Of a DNA stretch of 63,473 bases, positions 1 through 10,052 are shown piece after piece; the stretch's first letter is position 1, and each line of letters opens with the position of its first letter. The notes under the pieces are model-generated. The model worked only from the letters and a program-made list of their open reading frames with translations. It was not told the DNA's origin and ran no database searches. Source of the stretch: Chthonomonas calidirosea (lineage in GTDB: Bacteria; Armatimonadota; Fimbriimonadia; Fimbriimonadales; Fimbriimonadaceae). Made by a program: the position numbers and the translations under genes. The stretch is from the NCBI GenBank assembly GCA_945859975.1, contig CAMAPH010000013.1:1-63473 (forward strand). Direction: 5' to 3'.

Positions 1-121
1 TTTGGTAGGTCTGGTACTGAGTTTTGCCTTCCAAAAGCATCTTCTCAACGCGGTACTGCCAAATGGCCGCGCTGGTGTGGGTTTCGTTGATAAAGATGCC
101 GGTGGCGTCGCTGTGAGACAT
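1..121 (-). CDS. speE: Spermidine synthase (polyamine aminopropyltransferase), N-terminal part; continues beyond window edge
   Basis: Manual translation from ATG at 121: MSHSDATGIFINETHTSAAIWQYRVEKMLLEGKTQYQTYQ. Resembles the SpeE N-terminal domain (YRV.K.L.EGKT.YQ); AGGGG RBS upstream. Not in ORF track because truncated. Confidence 0.7.
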   Translation of the reverse strand, partial: MSHSDATGIFINETHTSAAIWQYRVEKMLLEGKTQYQTYQ

Positions 122-194
122 TGAGCCCCTATTATGAACCACCCGCCCCTTGGGTTCCAGTGCTGAACCAAAGGGGCAACCGGCTGGAGTCCTA

Positions 195-2240
195 TTACGG
201 GGTCGCCGGGAAGGCGAAGTTGACATCGCTGAGGACGCCGTTATGTTCCATCCTGGCGCGGTTGTCGCCAGGGAGGAGGAAGAGGGAAAAGTCATCGGAA
301 AGCACCACCCTTCGTCCGTCGGAAACTCTGAAGAGAATGTTGCGGTCCTCGTCATCCTGATACACCAGGTTTCCGCTCGGAGAGAGCTGCGCCCAGGAGT
401 TGAGACCTCGCTCGCCGGCGTAAGTGAAGGCGTTGCGCGGCACGTAGTACCGCCAAGTGTTTTCTCTCTCCGTATCTTGATATGAAAGGTCAGCGAAAAC
501 CACCTTCGTTGCATCGGCGGAAATTCCGACAACCACGGAGCTTTCTCCAAGGCTATTGGAGAAGGTCGGAGCGGTCAACTTATCGAGAGCGACGTCATAA
601 ACATACAGCCGTCTTCTCGGCGGGCCATCGACCAGATTCGTAGCGTCCGAGATAAAGGCGATCAGCTTTCCGTTTGGCGATAGCCGGGGAGTAACCATGC
701 TGCTGTTTGCGGCTACTCCACTGGCGTTTCGGGTCACCAGCCGGGTGTGAGCGGACGGCGCGTCATAGACATAGAGCTGATCGAAGCTGCCTTCACGTCG
801 ATAGAACATCACGGTGAGCCCGTCACTCGAAATGACTTGGCCGAAGCCATTTGGGAGCTTTACCGTCGAGTTCAGATCGTCGTTTCGGTAAGTGATCCCT
901 GCGCCGTCATTGTAAATATAAGCTTGCCCGGTGTCGGAGACGGCATAGCCAAAGGTGTTGGATGGGAGCCTTCGGGTGATTCCCGTCGCCGTGTTCTTGA
1001 TGAACGTTCCCGCCGATTCGCCGGAAAGAAACTGGTCCGGGGCGCGGAACAGGATGCTCGTACCGGTAGGGGAGTTCACGTAGCTCGTAAGCTTTGCTCG
1101 GGGCGGGGCCGGGTAAGCGCCGATTCCGGTCTCGGTTCCGACGCCGGAGTTCAGGTCTTGTCGAACAAGCCGACCGTCGGTGGTAATCCCCGCAATGAAT
1201 CGGCCGTCGTCCGAGACGTTTCGGCTGATCGTCGGTAGGTGTCGGAGGTCGATGCGTCGAATCCATCTCGGCTTGCCCGGAAAAGTGATGACGTCCACGA
1301 CGTCGGCCATTCCGTCCGTATATTGGATCACGGTGAAGCGACCGTTTCGCGAGGCCGCGACTGCCTTAATGGCTGCGCCCGAAAGCGGGATCAAGCGTAG
1401 TTCTCCGGTTGAAGCGTTGGCGTAATACAGGTCCGGCGTCGAGTCAAGATCGAATGGGCTGATTCGCCGATTGGTGATGAAGTGCGCGAGGATCGGCGTG
1501 GACGGGCCAGCATCGTTCGACACCCAGACCGGCGTGAAGTAGTCGTTAAGACCCGCCACAGCAAGAAGCCAGAATCTGCCGCTCCGCGTGGTGACTTGAA
1601 GTCCGGGGCCAGTAGACGAGCTCAGCGCGACGGAGGCTAGGCGAACTTTGCCATCTGGAGAATAGGTGGAGGGATAAACAGGCGTCGTGCCCTGAGCCCC
1701 AGCCAGGAAGTTAAACGATCTGACCGGATTGAAGGTCTGTCCATAAAGGCTGTTTAGATGGAGCGAGTCTCCATCGTTTGACATCCCGGTAACTCCCTGG
1801 TTTAGGAGGGAATCGATGGTGTTTCGGGCGAGATCGGCGCGAATACCGGCGAATTGATTGACCGTGGCATTGTTGGCTCGAAGCTCTTGATTGCTATTGA
1901 AGGCAATGAACCGGCCTCGATCCGAAATGTACGTGCGGGACTCGGCGGTTGGAACGAAGTAGGTTCCGTTTGCAACGCGATTGACCGTTTGAACAACGTT
2001 TCTGGCAACGTCGACGCGGATGACGTCGAGAGAATCGGGTTCGTCGTTTGCTCGCACGTCCATCCGGTTCGTGATGAAGGAAATGTAGTTTCCGTCACTC
2101 GAAATCTCTGGGCTGTAGCTCGTTCCTTCCCGCGGAATTCCGGGTCCCGCCGGGAAGAGCAGGGTGGACTTTCCGTAGATCAGGTCCGCCTGAGCGGACC
2201 CGCAGGCGGCGATGACGAGAGCGGACCAAACGAGCTTCAT
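195..2240 (-). CDS. Secreted TolB/PD40-like beta-propeller repeat protein (paralog 1 of 4)
   Basis: Signal peptide (MKLVWSALVIAACGSAQA-D); repeated blades ISSDGNYISF, ISDRGRFIAF, SDDGRFIA, LSPNGKLIAFISDATNLV. Confidence 0.8.
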   Translation of the reverse strand: MKLVWSALVIAACGSAQADLIYGKSTLLFPAGPGIPREGTSYSPEISSDGNYISFITNRMDVRANDEPDSLDVIRVDVARNVVQTVNRVANGTYFVPTAESRTYISDRGRFIAFNSNQELRANNATVNQFAGIRADLARNTIDSLLNQGVTGMSNDGDSLHLNSLYGQTFNPVRSFNFLAGAQGTTPVYPSTYSPDGKVRLASVALSSSTGPGLQVTTRSGRFWLLAVAGLNDYFTPVWVSNDAGPSTPILAHFITNRRISPFDLDSTPDLYYANASTGELRLIPLSGAAIKAVAASRNGRFTVIQYTDGMADVVDVITFPGKPRWIRRIDLRHLPTISRNVSDDGRFIAGITTDGRLVRQDLNSGVGTETGIGAYPAPPRAKLTSYVNSPTGTSILFRAPDQFLSGESAGTFIKNTATGITRRLPSNTFGYAVSDTGQAYIYNDGAGITYRNDDLNSTVKLPNGFGQVISSDGLTVMFYRREGSFDQLYVYDAPSAHTRLVTRNASGVAANSSMVTPRLSPNGKLIAFISDATNLVDGPPRRRLYVYDVALDKLTAPTFSNSLGESSVVVGISADATKVVFADLSYQDTERENTWRYYVPRNAFTYAGERGLNSWAQLSPSGNLVYQDDEDRNILFRVSDGRRVVLSDDFSLFLLPGDNRARMEHNGVLSDVNFAFPATP

Positions 2241-2272
2241 GGATTCTTCATTGCCGGTGTGCGCTTTCCCGA

Positions 2273-4312
2273 TTACGGTGCGATCGGGAAGGTGAAGTTG
2301 ACATCGCGGAGGATGCCTTTCGTCTGGATACGGACTCGGTTGTCGCCAGCGAGGACGAAGAGTATGTTGTCAGGATGGGTAACTTCGGTCCGACCATCCG
2401 AGAGACGAGTGAGCGTGTTTCCAAACTCGTCGGTGTCAAAGAGCAAGTTGCCGCTGGGCGACAGGACAGCTTCTCGATTTACGAATCGATTCGGAATGAG
2501 GAGGGTGAACGTATTTCTTGGAGTGTAGTAACGCCAAACTTGCTCAACGTCGCCCATGTTTCGGAACACGACTTTAGTTGCATCATCCGAGATGCCAAAC
2601 ACAACTGAACTGTTACCGATGGTGCCCGGGAAGGTTGGCGAGGTCAGGCGGTCACTTGGAACGTCGTAAAGGTAAAGCCGATGGCGACGAGGTCCGGCGA
2701 ACAGATCTGCGTTGTTCGAGATGAAGGCGATCAACTTGCCGTTGCCAGACAGCCGAACCTGATCTACGGTGTTGCTAGAGCCGGAACCAGCTGTGCTTTT
2801 GGTTACGAGCCGACTACGCCTTGCCAACACGTCGTAAACGTAGACTTGATCCACGCTGCTGATGAACTGTCGGTACATCACGATCAAACCGTCGGCAGAA
2901 AGTTGATGATCCCTCGAATTTGGCAAACTAATGGATAGGTTCAAATCCTCGTTTCGGTACGTGGCGTTAGTATTGTCGCGAAGGACATATGCCTGACCAG
3001 AATCGGATACTGCCGCTGGATAAAGAGCTGTGGAGAGTTTTCGAGTTAGGCCGGTTGCCGTGTTTTTGATGAAAGCGCCCGCAGTTTGTCCAGCAACAAA
3101 GTTGTCGGGAGCCGTAAAGGCAATGGAAGTTCCTGACTTCGAATAGCTGTAACCCAGCAGCGTCGCTCTCGGCGGTGCAGGATAGGACCCGACGCCGGTT
3201 TCTGCGCCGACATTGGTCATGAGATCATGGCGGATAAGGCGACCGTCCTCGGTGATTCCGGCAATGTAACGACCATCATCGCTGATGTGCTTGCTGATCC
3301 GGCTGAGGCTGCTCAGATCGATAAGACGACTTGGGTTCGGAGCATAAAAGAAGTACGGAAGGTCGATGATCTGGGCCATGCCATTCGTGTACTGGACGAC
3401 GGTGAATCGCCCATTTCGAGATGTCGCGACGGAGCGAATAGCCGAGCCCCAGAGTTCGATCCTGCGCCGCTCGCCGGTAGCGGTACTGACTTGGTACAGG
3501 TCCGGTTCAAAATCGAAATCAAGCGGGCTTATTTGCTTGTTCGTGATGAACCGGGCTTCGATTGGGCCTGACATCCCCGGGTCGTTCGAGACCCAAACCG
3601 GAAGGAAGGTCTCCGCAATCCCGGCCGTGTGGAACAACCAGAATCGGCCAGAGCGCGTCACGGCCTGAATGCCGGTGACAGCGGGGAATCCGAAGGTCTC
3701 GTTCGCTAATCGGACAGAGGCATCGCTCGAGTAGACCGAAGGTTGCACGTAACCAGAGTTGCTCGTGTAGCCTCCTTGAAAGTTAAATGAGCTGAACGGA
3801 TCGAAGGTCTGCCCGAAAATCTGATCGTAAACCAGCGAAAGCCCGTCGTTCGAGAGGCCAGTGGCAAACCGGTTCGGGACCTGATTTACGATCTTTTGAT
3901 CAAGCTTCGCTCGGTTGGCGGAGCGGCGGAAATCCGTTGGCGAACCGGGAATGATTACCCGTCCGCTGGTGAAAGCGATGTGTTGCCCACGATCTGAAAT
4001 GAACGTGCCATCTGCAACCTCCGGTATGTAATACGTCCCATTCGCCAAGCGGTTAACCACCTTGACCGCGCCACGGACGGCGTCCGCCCGTACGACGTCG
4101 AACGAATCCACTTCGTCATACGCTCGCACGTCCATGCGGTCGGTGATGAAGGAGATGTAGCGGCCGTCGCTGGAGATTTCTGGGGAGTAGCTGGTTCCGG
4201 CTTTCGGGACTCCGGGGCCGGCGGGGAAGACGAGGGTGGACTGGCCGTAGATCAGGTCTGCGCTCGCAGAACCCGCAATGGCAACGCCGGCAAGAAGGAG
4301 GAGTCTTTTCAT
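2273..4312 (-). CDS. Secreted TolB/PD40-like beta-propeller repeat protein (paralog 2 of 4)
   Basis: Signal peptide (...AGSASA-D); colinear with paralog 1 (DLIYG.STL.FPAGPG.P..GTSYSPEISSDG; YPAPPRA.L; DVNF.FP..P). Confidence 0.8.
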   Translation of the reverse strand: MKRLLLLAGVAIAGSASADLIYGQSTLVFPAGPGVPKAGTSYSPEISSDGRYISFITDRMDVRAYDEVDSFDVVRADAVRGAVKVVNRLANGTYYIPEVADGTFISDRGQHIAFTSGRVIIPGSPTDFRRSANRAKLDQKIVNQVPNRFATGLSNDGLSLVYDQIFGQTFDPFSSFNFQGGYTSNSGYVQPSVYSSDASVRLANETFGFPAVTGIQAVTRSGRFWLFHTAGIAETFLPVWVSNDPGMSGPIEARFITNKQISPLDFDFEPDLYQVSTATGERRRIELWGSAIRSVATSRNGRFTVVQYTNGMAQIIDLPYFFYAPNPSRLIDLSSLSRISKHISDDGRYIAGITEDGRLIRHDLMTNVGAETGVGSYPAPPRATLLGYSYSKSGTSIAFTAPDNFVAGQTAGAFIKNTATGLTRKLSTALYPAAVSDSGQAYVLRDNTNATYRNEDLNLSISLPNSRDHQLSADGLIVMYRQFISSVDQVYVYDVLARRSRLVTKSTAGSGSSNTVDQVRLSGNGKLIAFISNNADLFAGPRRHRLYLYDVPSDRLTSPTFPGTIGNSSVVFGISDDATKVVFRNMGDVEQVWRYYTPRNTFTLLIPNRFVNREAVLSPSGNLLFDTDEFGNTLTRLSDGRTEVTHPDNILFVLAGDNRVRIQTKGILRDVNFTFPIAP

Positions 4313-4314
4313 GG

Positions 4315-6426
4315 TCAGTTATAGAAAAAGTCGATGTTGACTTCGCAGGCGTACCCGTGGTTGAGGAACCGTAACGCGCGGGGATCTACCTTTCGGAACT
4401 TAGGCTCCTCCATTTTGTAGGGGTGCTTGAGTTCGAGGTAGGCCAGGTTGGAATCGGAAATGTTCACTAGGAACGACCTTCGGAAATCGCCGAAAGCGAG
4501 ATAGGTGTTGTTGGTATCGTGGAACTGCTCGGCGACGTGGCTGCCTTTGAACACCAGCTTATGGGTAGCGGTCGGCACGTAGTAGCGATACAGGTTTCGG
4601 TAGTAAGACTCGACCGAGCCGTAGATCAGCGTCGTACCGTCATACGAGACCGCTCGCACCCAGGTGCCGGGGTTCTCGATGTCGGTTTTCATTCGGATGA
4701 GCGACAGTTTGTCCGTTGCGGTTTCGTACTCGTAGGTGCTGTAATACCGGTCGGCTCCGGGAGCGACGTCACGAGCAGTGGTACTGAAGAAGATCTTGCT
4801 GCCGTTGCCCGCGACCACCGCGAGCACGCCGCTGGAACCGTTCGAAGGCGCGCCAGTGCTGGTTCGAGAAATGAGTTTGGTAACCCGGGTTCTCAGGTTT
4901 AGGTAGTACAGCTGCCGATCGGTTCGCTCGTAGGCGAGAACATCGCCAGCGCCATCGAGGCGCACGACGCCGGTCGCCTGGGGCAGTTCGATAGTGCGTC
5001 CCGCAATGCCGTCTCGGAAGATGGTTTTGCCATCCCAAGTTCGGTAAACCCACTTGGTTCCGGCGTCGTTAATCGCAATCGGGGTTTGGGCGTTGTTCAC
5101 CCGCTTCACCGTGCGGTCGGGCATTCGGATGTAGAGACCTTCGAGGTTGTTCGGCACGTAGCCCTCAACCCCTCGGAAGAGGATCGCTTCTCCACCGGCG
5201 GAATGCACCATCTGGTTCATCGGCCGTCGCGGCGGCGCGGGGTGGGGGCCGTTGTCGACGGTGAGCTGCGACTCGTTGATCGCATTCACGCGCTTTGCGT
5301 GTCCGTCGGAACCCACGATGGCAAAGTACCGGCCGTCGTCGCTCAGGCGTCGCCCAAGCTGCTTCACGCCGTAGAAGCGCGGGTTGCTGACGGCGCCGGT
5401 GGTCTGATCGATGTACACATACGTATCGATGTCGTACTGGGAATTGTTGATGTCGAACCCGACGAGGACATAGCGTCCGCTTCTCGACGCGGCGATCGAG
5501 AGTTGGCTGGCATTGGTGGGCACCAACGTTCCGAGATCGGTGAACCGATAGCTTCCGTCGGCGTTGCGTCGGTAAAGGTCATACCGAAGGTCGGTGTCGA
5601 GGGGGCTAAGCGGAGCGTTCGTGATGAACGTCGCGTCGGTGAGCGTGTCGGAGATGTAGACCGGGGCGAGCGATTTATCGGACGGCACGGTAACTTCCGT
5701 GCGCGCTTGACCCGTGGTTCTGACGGACTTCAAGCCCAGCATGCGCAGTCCCGACTCGTCGAAGATGTTGGTGAGGAACATGCGCGCGGTTGCGGAATCG
5801 GAGAAAACGCCGCCGAAGTTGCCGTTGATTCCGCCGATGTCCTGGAAGGCGGGGATGTACAGCCGCCCAGAACTGCCGTTAACCAAGTTCTTTGAGTCAC
5901 AGGTTCCAGAATTTGTGAGATAAGCGAGTTGGGTCCCGTTTCGACTGAGTTCGCCAACAAAGGAGCCTGAGCCGATGCGAGTGATGACGTTGGTTTCCAG
6001 GTTCGCATGGAAGGCGCTGAGCGTGTTGGCCTGCGCGTACGGCGTCAGAAGATTTGTGGGCGCAGTGAAGGTGATTCCGCGGCCGCGATCAGAAATTCCG
6101 AGCCGTGGGTAGTAGCTCAAGATCGGGGCCGGGCTCTGGTCGGGCAACCGGTTCACCAGCTTCAGGGCGCCGGTCTCGGCGTCGGCACGGATCACGTCGT
6201 AGGTCGCGAGGTCGTGCCCCTTGCGGACCGACGGTCGGGTGGTCATGAATACAACGTATCGCCCGTCCGGGGAGATTTCCGCGTCCACCGACTCCCCAGC
6301 CGACTCTTGCCCGGGCTGGGCCAGGAACAGATACTCAAGCGGCCGGAAGTTCACCTGCGACGTTGCAGAGGCTGCCACGCTGAACAGTGCGAGTCCGATT
6401 GCAACGGCTTTCCGATTACGTATCAC
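4315..6426 (-). CDS. Secreted TolB/PD40-like beta-propeller repeat protein (paralog 3 of 4)
   Basis: GTG start, signal peptide; EISPDGRYVVF, ISDRG, ASRSGRY, LSDDGRY, GPHPAPP hinge, AGNGSKIFF. Confidence 0.78.
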   Translation of the reverse strand: MIRNRKAVAIGLALFSVAASATSQVNFRPLEYLFLAQPGQESAGESVDAEISPDGRYVVFMTTRPSVRKGHDLATYDVIRADAETGALKLVNRLPDQSPAPILSYYPRLGISDRGRGITFTAPTNLLTPYAQANTLSAFHANLETNVITRIGSGSFVGELSRNGTQLAYLTNSGTCDSKNLVNGSSGRLYIPAFQDIGGINGNFGGVFSDSATARMFLTNIFDESGLRMLGLKSVRTTGQARTEVTVPSDKSLAPVYISDTLTDATFITNAPLSPLDTDLRYDLYRRNADGSYRFTDLGTLVPTNASQLSIAASRSGRYVLVGFDINNSQYDIDTYVYIDQTTGAVSNPRFYGVKQLGRRLSDDGRYFAIVGSDGHAKRVNAINESQLTVDNGPHPAPPRRPMNQMVHSAGGEAILFRGVEGYVPNNLEGLYIRMPDRTVKRVNNAQTPIAINDAGTKWVYRTWDGKTIFRDGIAGRTIELPQATGVVRLDGAGDVLAYERTDRQLYYLNLRTRVTKLISRTSTGAPSNGSSGVLAVVAGNGSKIFFSTTARDVAPGADRYYSTYEYETATDKLSLIRMKTDIENPGTWVRAVSYDGTTLIYGSVESYYRNLYRYYVPTATHKLVFKGSHVAEQFHDTNNTYLAFGDFRRSFLVNISDSNLAYLELKHPYKMEEPKFRKVDPRALRFLNHGYACEVNIDFFYN

Positions 6427-6469
6427 AAGGTCATGTTACGCCCTTCTGCGGGTTAATCGGCAAGAAACC

Positions 6470-8533
6470 TTAATTCTGTGTACTAGGAATCTCAAAGGTG
6501 GTGTCGCAAAGGTAGCCAGTGTTCGTAAACCGGATACTGCGGCTGGTTTGACGGAACGTAAGCACGCCGATCTGGAGTGGAGCTTTCACCACAGCGCGGC
6601 GGAGGTCATTGATGCTGAACATCACTTGATCATCGTCGTTGCGAAAGAACGCGTAGGCTCCGTTCGTTTCCATAATGCCTCGGAAGTCTTCGTTCCGAAT
6701 GAGGACTTTATGGGACTTAAACGGTACCGAGTATCGGAACAAGTCTTCTGCTTGTTCATTATCGTAGTTGGTGTAGAGGACGCTCTTTCCGTCGTAAGAA
6801 ACGGCTCGGAGATCTGTGAGTTGGTGGGTTGCTTCCGAGCGTAGCTTGATCAGACTCAGGGCATCGGTGGCGATGTCGTACTCGTAAAGCGACGTCACGC
6901 GATCGGTCCCGGCGGCGATGTCTCGGATTCTTCCCGAGAAGAAGACTTTGGTGCCGTTACCCGCGATCTTCAAGACATCGATGTCGGGTTCAAAGACCTC
7001 CGTGTTGTTCGCGGTTCGGGTGATGAGCTTGCGAACGCCGGTTTTGGTGTTCACAAGATACAGGTTGCTTTTGAGCGTTCGGTAGACGACCCATTCCCCC
7101 GAGCCAGACATGCCGAAGTCCGCAATGCTGTAAGCATCGGGGAAGTAGATTGTCTTCTGCGCGTGGTCATCGCGGAAGGCAATCTTGTTCGTGGTAGATC
7201 GATAGATGTACTGCTCGCCCGAGTCCGACACCGCGATCATCTGGCCGCTGGTGGCAACTTGCTTAATGGATGGAATGAGATAACCGGTTCGGATGAATAA
7301 GCCCTCGGGGCCCTTGTAAGAGTAGTAGCCGGGGACCCCCTCAAAGAAAACGCTTTCGCCATTTGGGGAGAACAAGACGCGCCGAAGGGGGTTCTCCGGC
7401 GGCGCGGGGCTCGTGCCCTCGTCAAGAATTCGGAACTCTCCGTTTGCGATGGTCAGCTTCGCGACGTGGTTGTCCGGTGTGAGAGCGGCGACGTACTTTC
7501 CGTCATCGCTGATGTGCGCGCTGAGGGAGGAGATTCCCGGGTAGTTCGGGCTCTTCACCGTTCGCGTTACGCGGTCTATGAAGTAGTACCGGCCGCTATC
7601 GAACTTGACGAGGAAGTACTGCCCGTTTCGGCTGGCGCTGATGCGGACGTTGTACGAAATCTCCGGGGCGGTGGTGCCGAGGTCGATCAACTCATCGGCG
7701 CGGGTGCCCTCGTTCCATACGTAGGCATCGAATCTCAGATCGGAGTCTTGCGGCGAGTGGGCGGCATTGGAAACGAAGACGGCTTCCTCTCGGTACACCG
7801 AAACGTAGGCTGGGTGGATGGATTGCGAGGTGTTGGTGGTGGCGACGACGCGGGGTTCTTCGTTCACGCGTTTCAACCACAGGGCGGGAACGGAAAGACC
7901 GCCTTGATAGGTGAGACCACGGGCGAGCCGCGCTTTGGCGTCGTCGGCGAAGACGCCGAGGGTTCCAGGGCTTGGAATGGCCACGCTGCCGATTTCTCCC
8001 GTGAGCATGTTTCGAGTGTCGCAAGGGTTGCCGGTGCTGGAATAGGCAAGCTGATTGCCATTGGCGCTCAGTCCGCCTACCGTCGTGGCGTCGCCCATGC
8101 TCGTTAGTAAGTTCGGCGTCGCGAGGTCCACGTGATACGCCGAAAACAGGTTGCTGACAATGTTGCTCAGCAGGTTTGTGGGCGCGGTGAAGGCGACGTG
8201 TCCGCCACGGGCAGAAATTGCGAGTCCGGGGGAGTGCGTGAGAATTGGGGCGACTTCGCCGAGCGTGGTTCGGTTCACCAGCTTCAGCGCGGTGTTTGTG
8301 GTGTCAACTCGATAGACGTCGTAGGTGTTGAGATCATCGCCCTTTCGCAGACTCGGGCAGGTGGATTTGAAAACGATATATCGCCCGTCGGCGGAGATGT
8401 CGGCTTCGACGGTCTTTCCCGCGGAGTCAAAAAAGGGAATGGGTTTGAAGACGTACGTTAGCGCTCCTACTTTCAGTTGCGCACTGGCAGCGGCGCCGCC
8501 GCTCACGAGAATTCCGACGGCGATCCACTTCAT
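6470..8533 (-). CDS. Secreted TolB/PD40-like beta-propeller repeat protein (paralog 4 of 4)
   Basis: Signal peptide (...AAASA-Q); DISADGRYIVF, FTAPTNLL and AVSYDG shared with paralog 3, GTSPAPP hinge. Confidence 0.78.
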   Translation of the reverse strand: MKWIAVGILVSGGAAASAQLKVGALTYVFKPIPFFDSAGKTVEADISADGRYIVFKSTCPSLRKGDDLNTYDVYRVDTTNTALKLVNRTTLGEVAPILTHSPGLAISARGGHVAFTAPTNLLSNIVSNLFSAYHVDLATPNLLTSMGDATTVGGLSANGNQLAYSSTGNPCDTRNMLTGEIGSVAIPSPGTLGVFADDAKARLARGLTYQGGLSVPALWLKRVNEEPRVVATTNTSQSIHPAYVSVYREEAVFVSNAAHSPQDSDLRFDAYVWNEGTRADELIDLGTTAPEISYNVRISASRNGQYFLVKFDSGRYYFIDRVTRTVKSPNYPGISSLSAHISDDGKYVAALTPDNHVAKLTIANGEFRILDEGTSPAPPENPLRRVLFSPNGESVFFEGVPGYYSYKGPEGLFIRTGYLIPSIKQVATSGQMIAVSDSGEQYIYRSTTNKIAFRDDHAQKTIYFPDAYSIADFGMSGSGEWVVYRTLKSNLYLVNTKTGVRKLITRTANNTEVFEPDIDVLKIAGNGTKVFFSGRIRDIAAGTDRVTSLYEYDIATDALSLIKLRSEATHQLTDLRAVSYDGKSVLYTNYDNEQAEDLFRYSVPFKSHKVLIRNEDFRGIMETNGAYAFFRNDDDQVMFSINDLRRAVVKAPLQIGVLTFRQTSRSIRFTNTGYLCDTTFEIPSTQN

Positions 8534-8566
8534 GCCTCACGCTACCACCAACCACGTCGAATAGGC

Positions 8567-8604
8567 AAAAAAATGGGGCGGACAATTTCTTGTCCGCCCC
8601 ATTT
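8567..8604 (-). terminator. Rho-independent terminator after the first pilin/lipoprotein cassette
   Basis: Perfect stem AAATGGGGCGGACAA/TTGTCCGCCCCATTT with T-run on the minus strand, just past the stop at 8617. Confidence 0.85.
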
Positions 8605-8616
8605 CGAGCTTAGCGA

Positions 8617-8769
8617 TTACTTATCGCCGTTCTCGTCGGTAACAACGCCTTCAGGGCGCTTAACCTTTGCTTTTTCCCAGTCTTTCGACGGAGCCGGATC
8701 TCCGCACCCCGCAAGGGCGAAGACCATGACTCCGGCGATTAGCATCACGACTAGTTTCTGGAATTTCAT
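8617..8769 (-). CDS. Small lipoprotein (50 aa)
   Basis: MKFQKLVVMLIAGVMVFALAG-C lipobox; ATG at 8769 lies 8 nt after the stop of the upstream pilin gene. Confidence 0.75.
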   Translation of the reverse strand: MKFQKLVVMLIAGVMVFALAGCGDPAPSKDWEKAKVKRPEGVVTDENGDK

Positions 8770-8776
8770 CCGGAAA

Positions 8777-9679
8777 TTAGTTCGTGAAGTTGCAAGCAGC
8801 CGTTGGAGCTGCTGGGCATGGAGTGGTGATGGCAGTCTGGAACCATCGAGCGATGTCGCCACATGCCATTGCTGGTGGCTCTGGAGTCGTGTTCAACTGC
8901 GACGTCGTTCCATCTTCGTCGTTGATGATTTCGGATGGGTTCGCACACAGCGTACTCACGTCGATGTTTCGGAAGATGATGAAGCGGTTGTTGAACGCGC
9001 CTGGAAGAACTCCACCGCGAACTGCCTGTGCCTTGGCGTGACCGTCTGCGTAAACGTAGTTGAAGGTTCCACCGTAGCGAAGACCAGCGTTGGTCAAACC
9101 GTTGTAGGTGTCAGCTGCGAAGCCAAAACCAACGGTTGCGCGTGGAGTGTCGTAGGTATCGCCGTAAGCAACCATCTGAGCAACGTTCTCGATGGAAGTT
9201 GCAGACTTGCCTCGGTTGATGTTTCCACCGGTCGAGATAGCAACCTGCTTTTCTAGCATGCCGCCGCCTCTCCATCCGAATGGGCCCCAGTTGTAGCCGT
9301 AAGCCGAAAGCTTTCGCGCGCCGTAAACGCCAGTTCGGACGGGGTGGTTGTCAGCGTCGTTTCGCTCCGAGCTGTAAATCAAGTCAATCGACTTGAAGTA
9401 AGGGAACAAAGGCATCCACCACTCGTTGGAGCAACCAGCGATTTGGGTTGGTGGGGTGCAAGCTGCGGAGTTCGTAGTTCCCCAGATGGATGGCGTGGTG
9501 TCATCGTAGTCGCCAAGGTAGATCTGCGAAGCAGTTCCGAGGTTCTTAACGTTGGAGAGAGAAGCGATCTTCTTTGCGGAGAGCTTCGCCTGAGCGAAAA
9601 CTGGGAAGAGGATGGCAGCGAGGATTGCGATGATCGCAATGACGACGAGAAGCTCGATAAGGGTAAATGCTTTTCGCAT
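8777..9679 (-). CDS. Prepilin-type N-terminal cleavage/methylation protein, DUF1559/H-X9-DG-like (cassette 1)
   Basis: [38 protein letters not shown]...Y..DYD; YGYN; NYVYADGHAK. Start taken at ATG 9679 rather than TTG 9712. Confidence 0.9.
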   Translation of the reverse strand: MRKAFTLIELLVVIAIIAILAAILFPVFAQAKLSAKKIASLSNVKNLGTASQIYLGDYDDTTPSIWGTTNSAACTPPTQIAGCSNEWWMPLFPYFKSIDLIYSSERNDADNHPVRTGVYGARKLSAYGYNWGPFGWRGGGMLEKQVAISTGGNINRGKSATSIENVAQMVAYGDTYDTPRATVGFGFAADTYNGLTNAGLRYGGTFNYVYADGHAKAQAVRGGVLPGAFNNRFIIFRNIDVSTLCANPSEIINDEDGTTSQLNTTPEPPAMACGDIARWFQTAITTPCPAAPTAACNFTN

Positions 9680-9734
9680 GGAAAACACCAAACTCGATTC
9701 TGTGTTTTCCAATTGTTAAGATGCAGGTAAATAT
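9594..9734. repeat. 141-bp exact direct repeat, copy 1 (5' coding region plus upstream leader of pilin)
   Basis: Base-for-base identical to 11082-11222 (offset 1488). Confidence 0.93.
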
Positions 9735-10052
9735 GTTTTCAGCTTCGAATTGTTAAGGAGCAGTGCTTCTCTTAACAAAAGTCCACCGTCAATAACGCTC
9801 ATCGTCAGTTGACGATGGGCTATGTTCTCGTAAAGTTTTTTTGCCGGATGCTCTGGCCACGCGATGCGCAAGATGCATCTTCTTTTCTATGACGATCCAC
9901 TATATGTGCCGTGTTCCAGGAAAGTGCGCACCAGCAAAACCGAATTTCACGCGCCAATTACCGGCGGCTGTAGCGAACGAGCCTCAAGCCGGACGAACCA
10001 TGAGCAGCCAAAGTCCGGGCCCGACTCAGAACTGTCGGACCCGGAGACGGGA

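Noticed and set aside
8477..9256. Long antisense or alternate-frame ORFs (also 5086-5895, 42616-43653, 45153-46136, 49583-50506)
   Set aside because: Shadow ORFs of well-supported genes in GC-rich DNA with no recognisable motifs
9680..9712. N-terminal extension MENTESSLVFS on both pilins (TTG start in ORF track)
   Set aside because: Coincides with the hairpin; MRKAF gives a typical short class III leader
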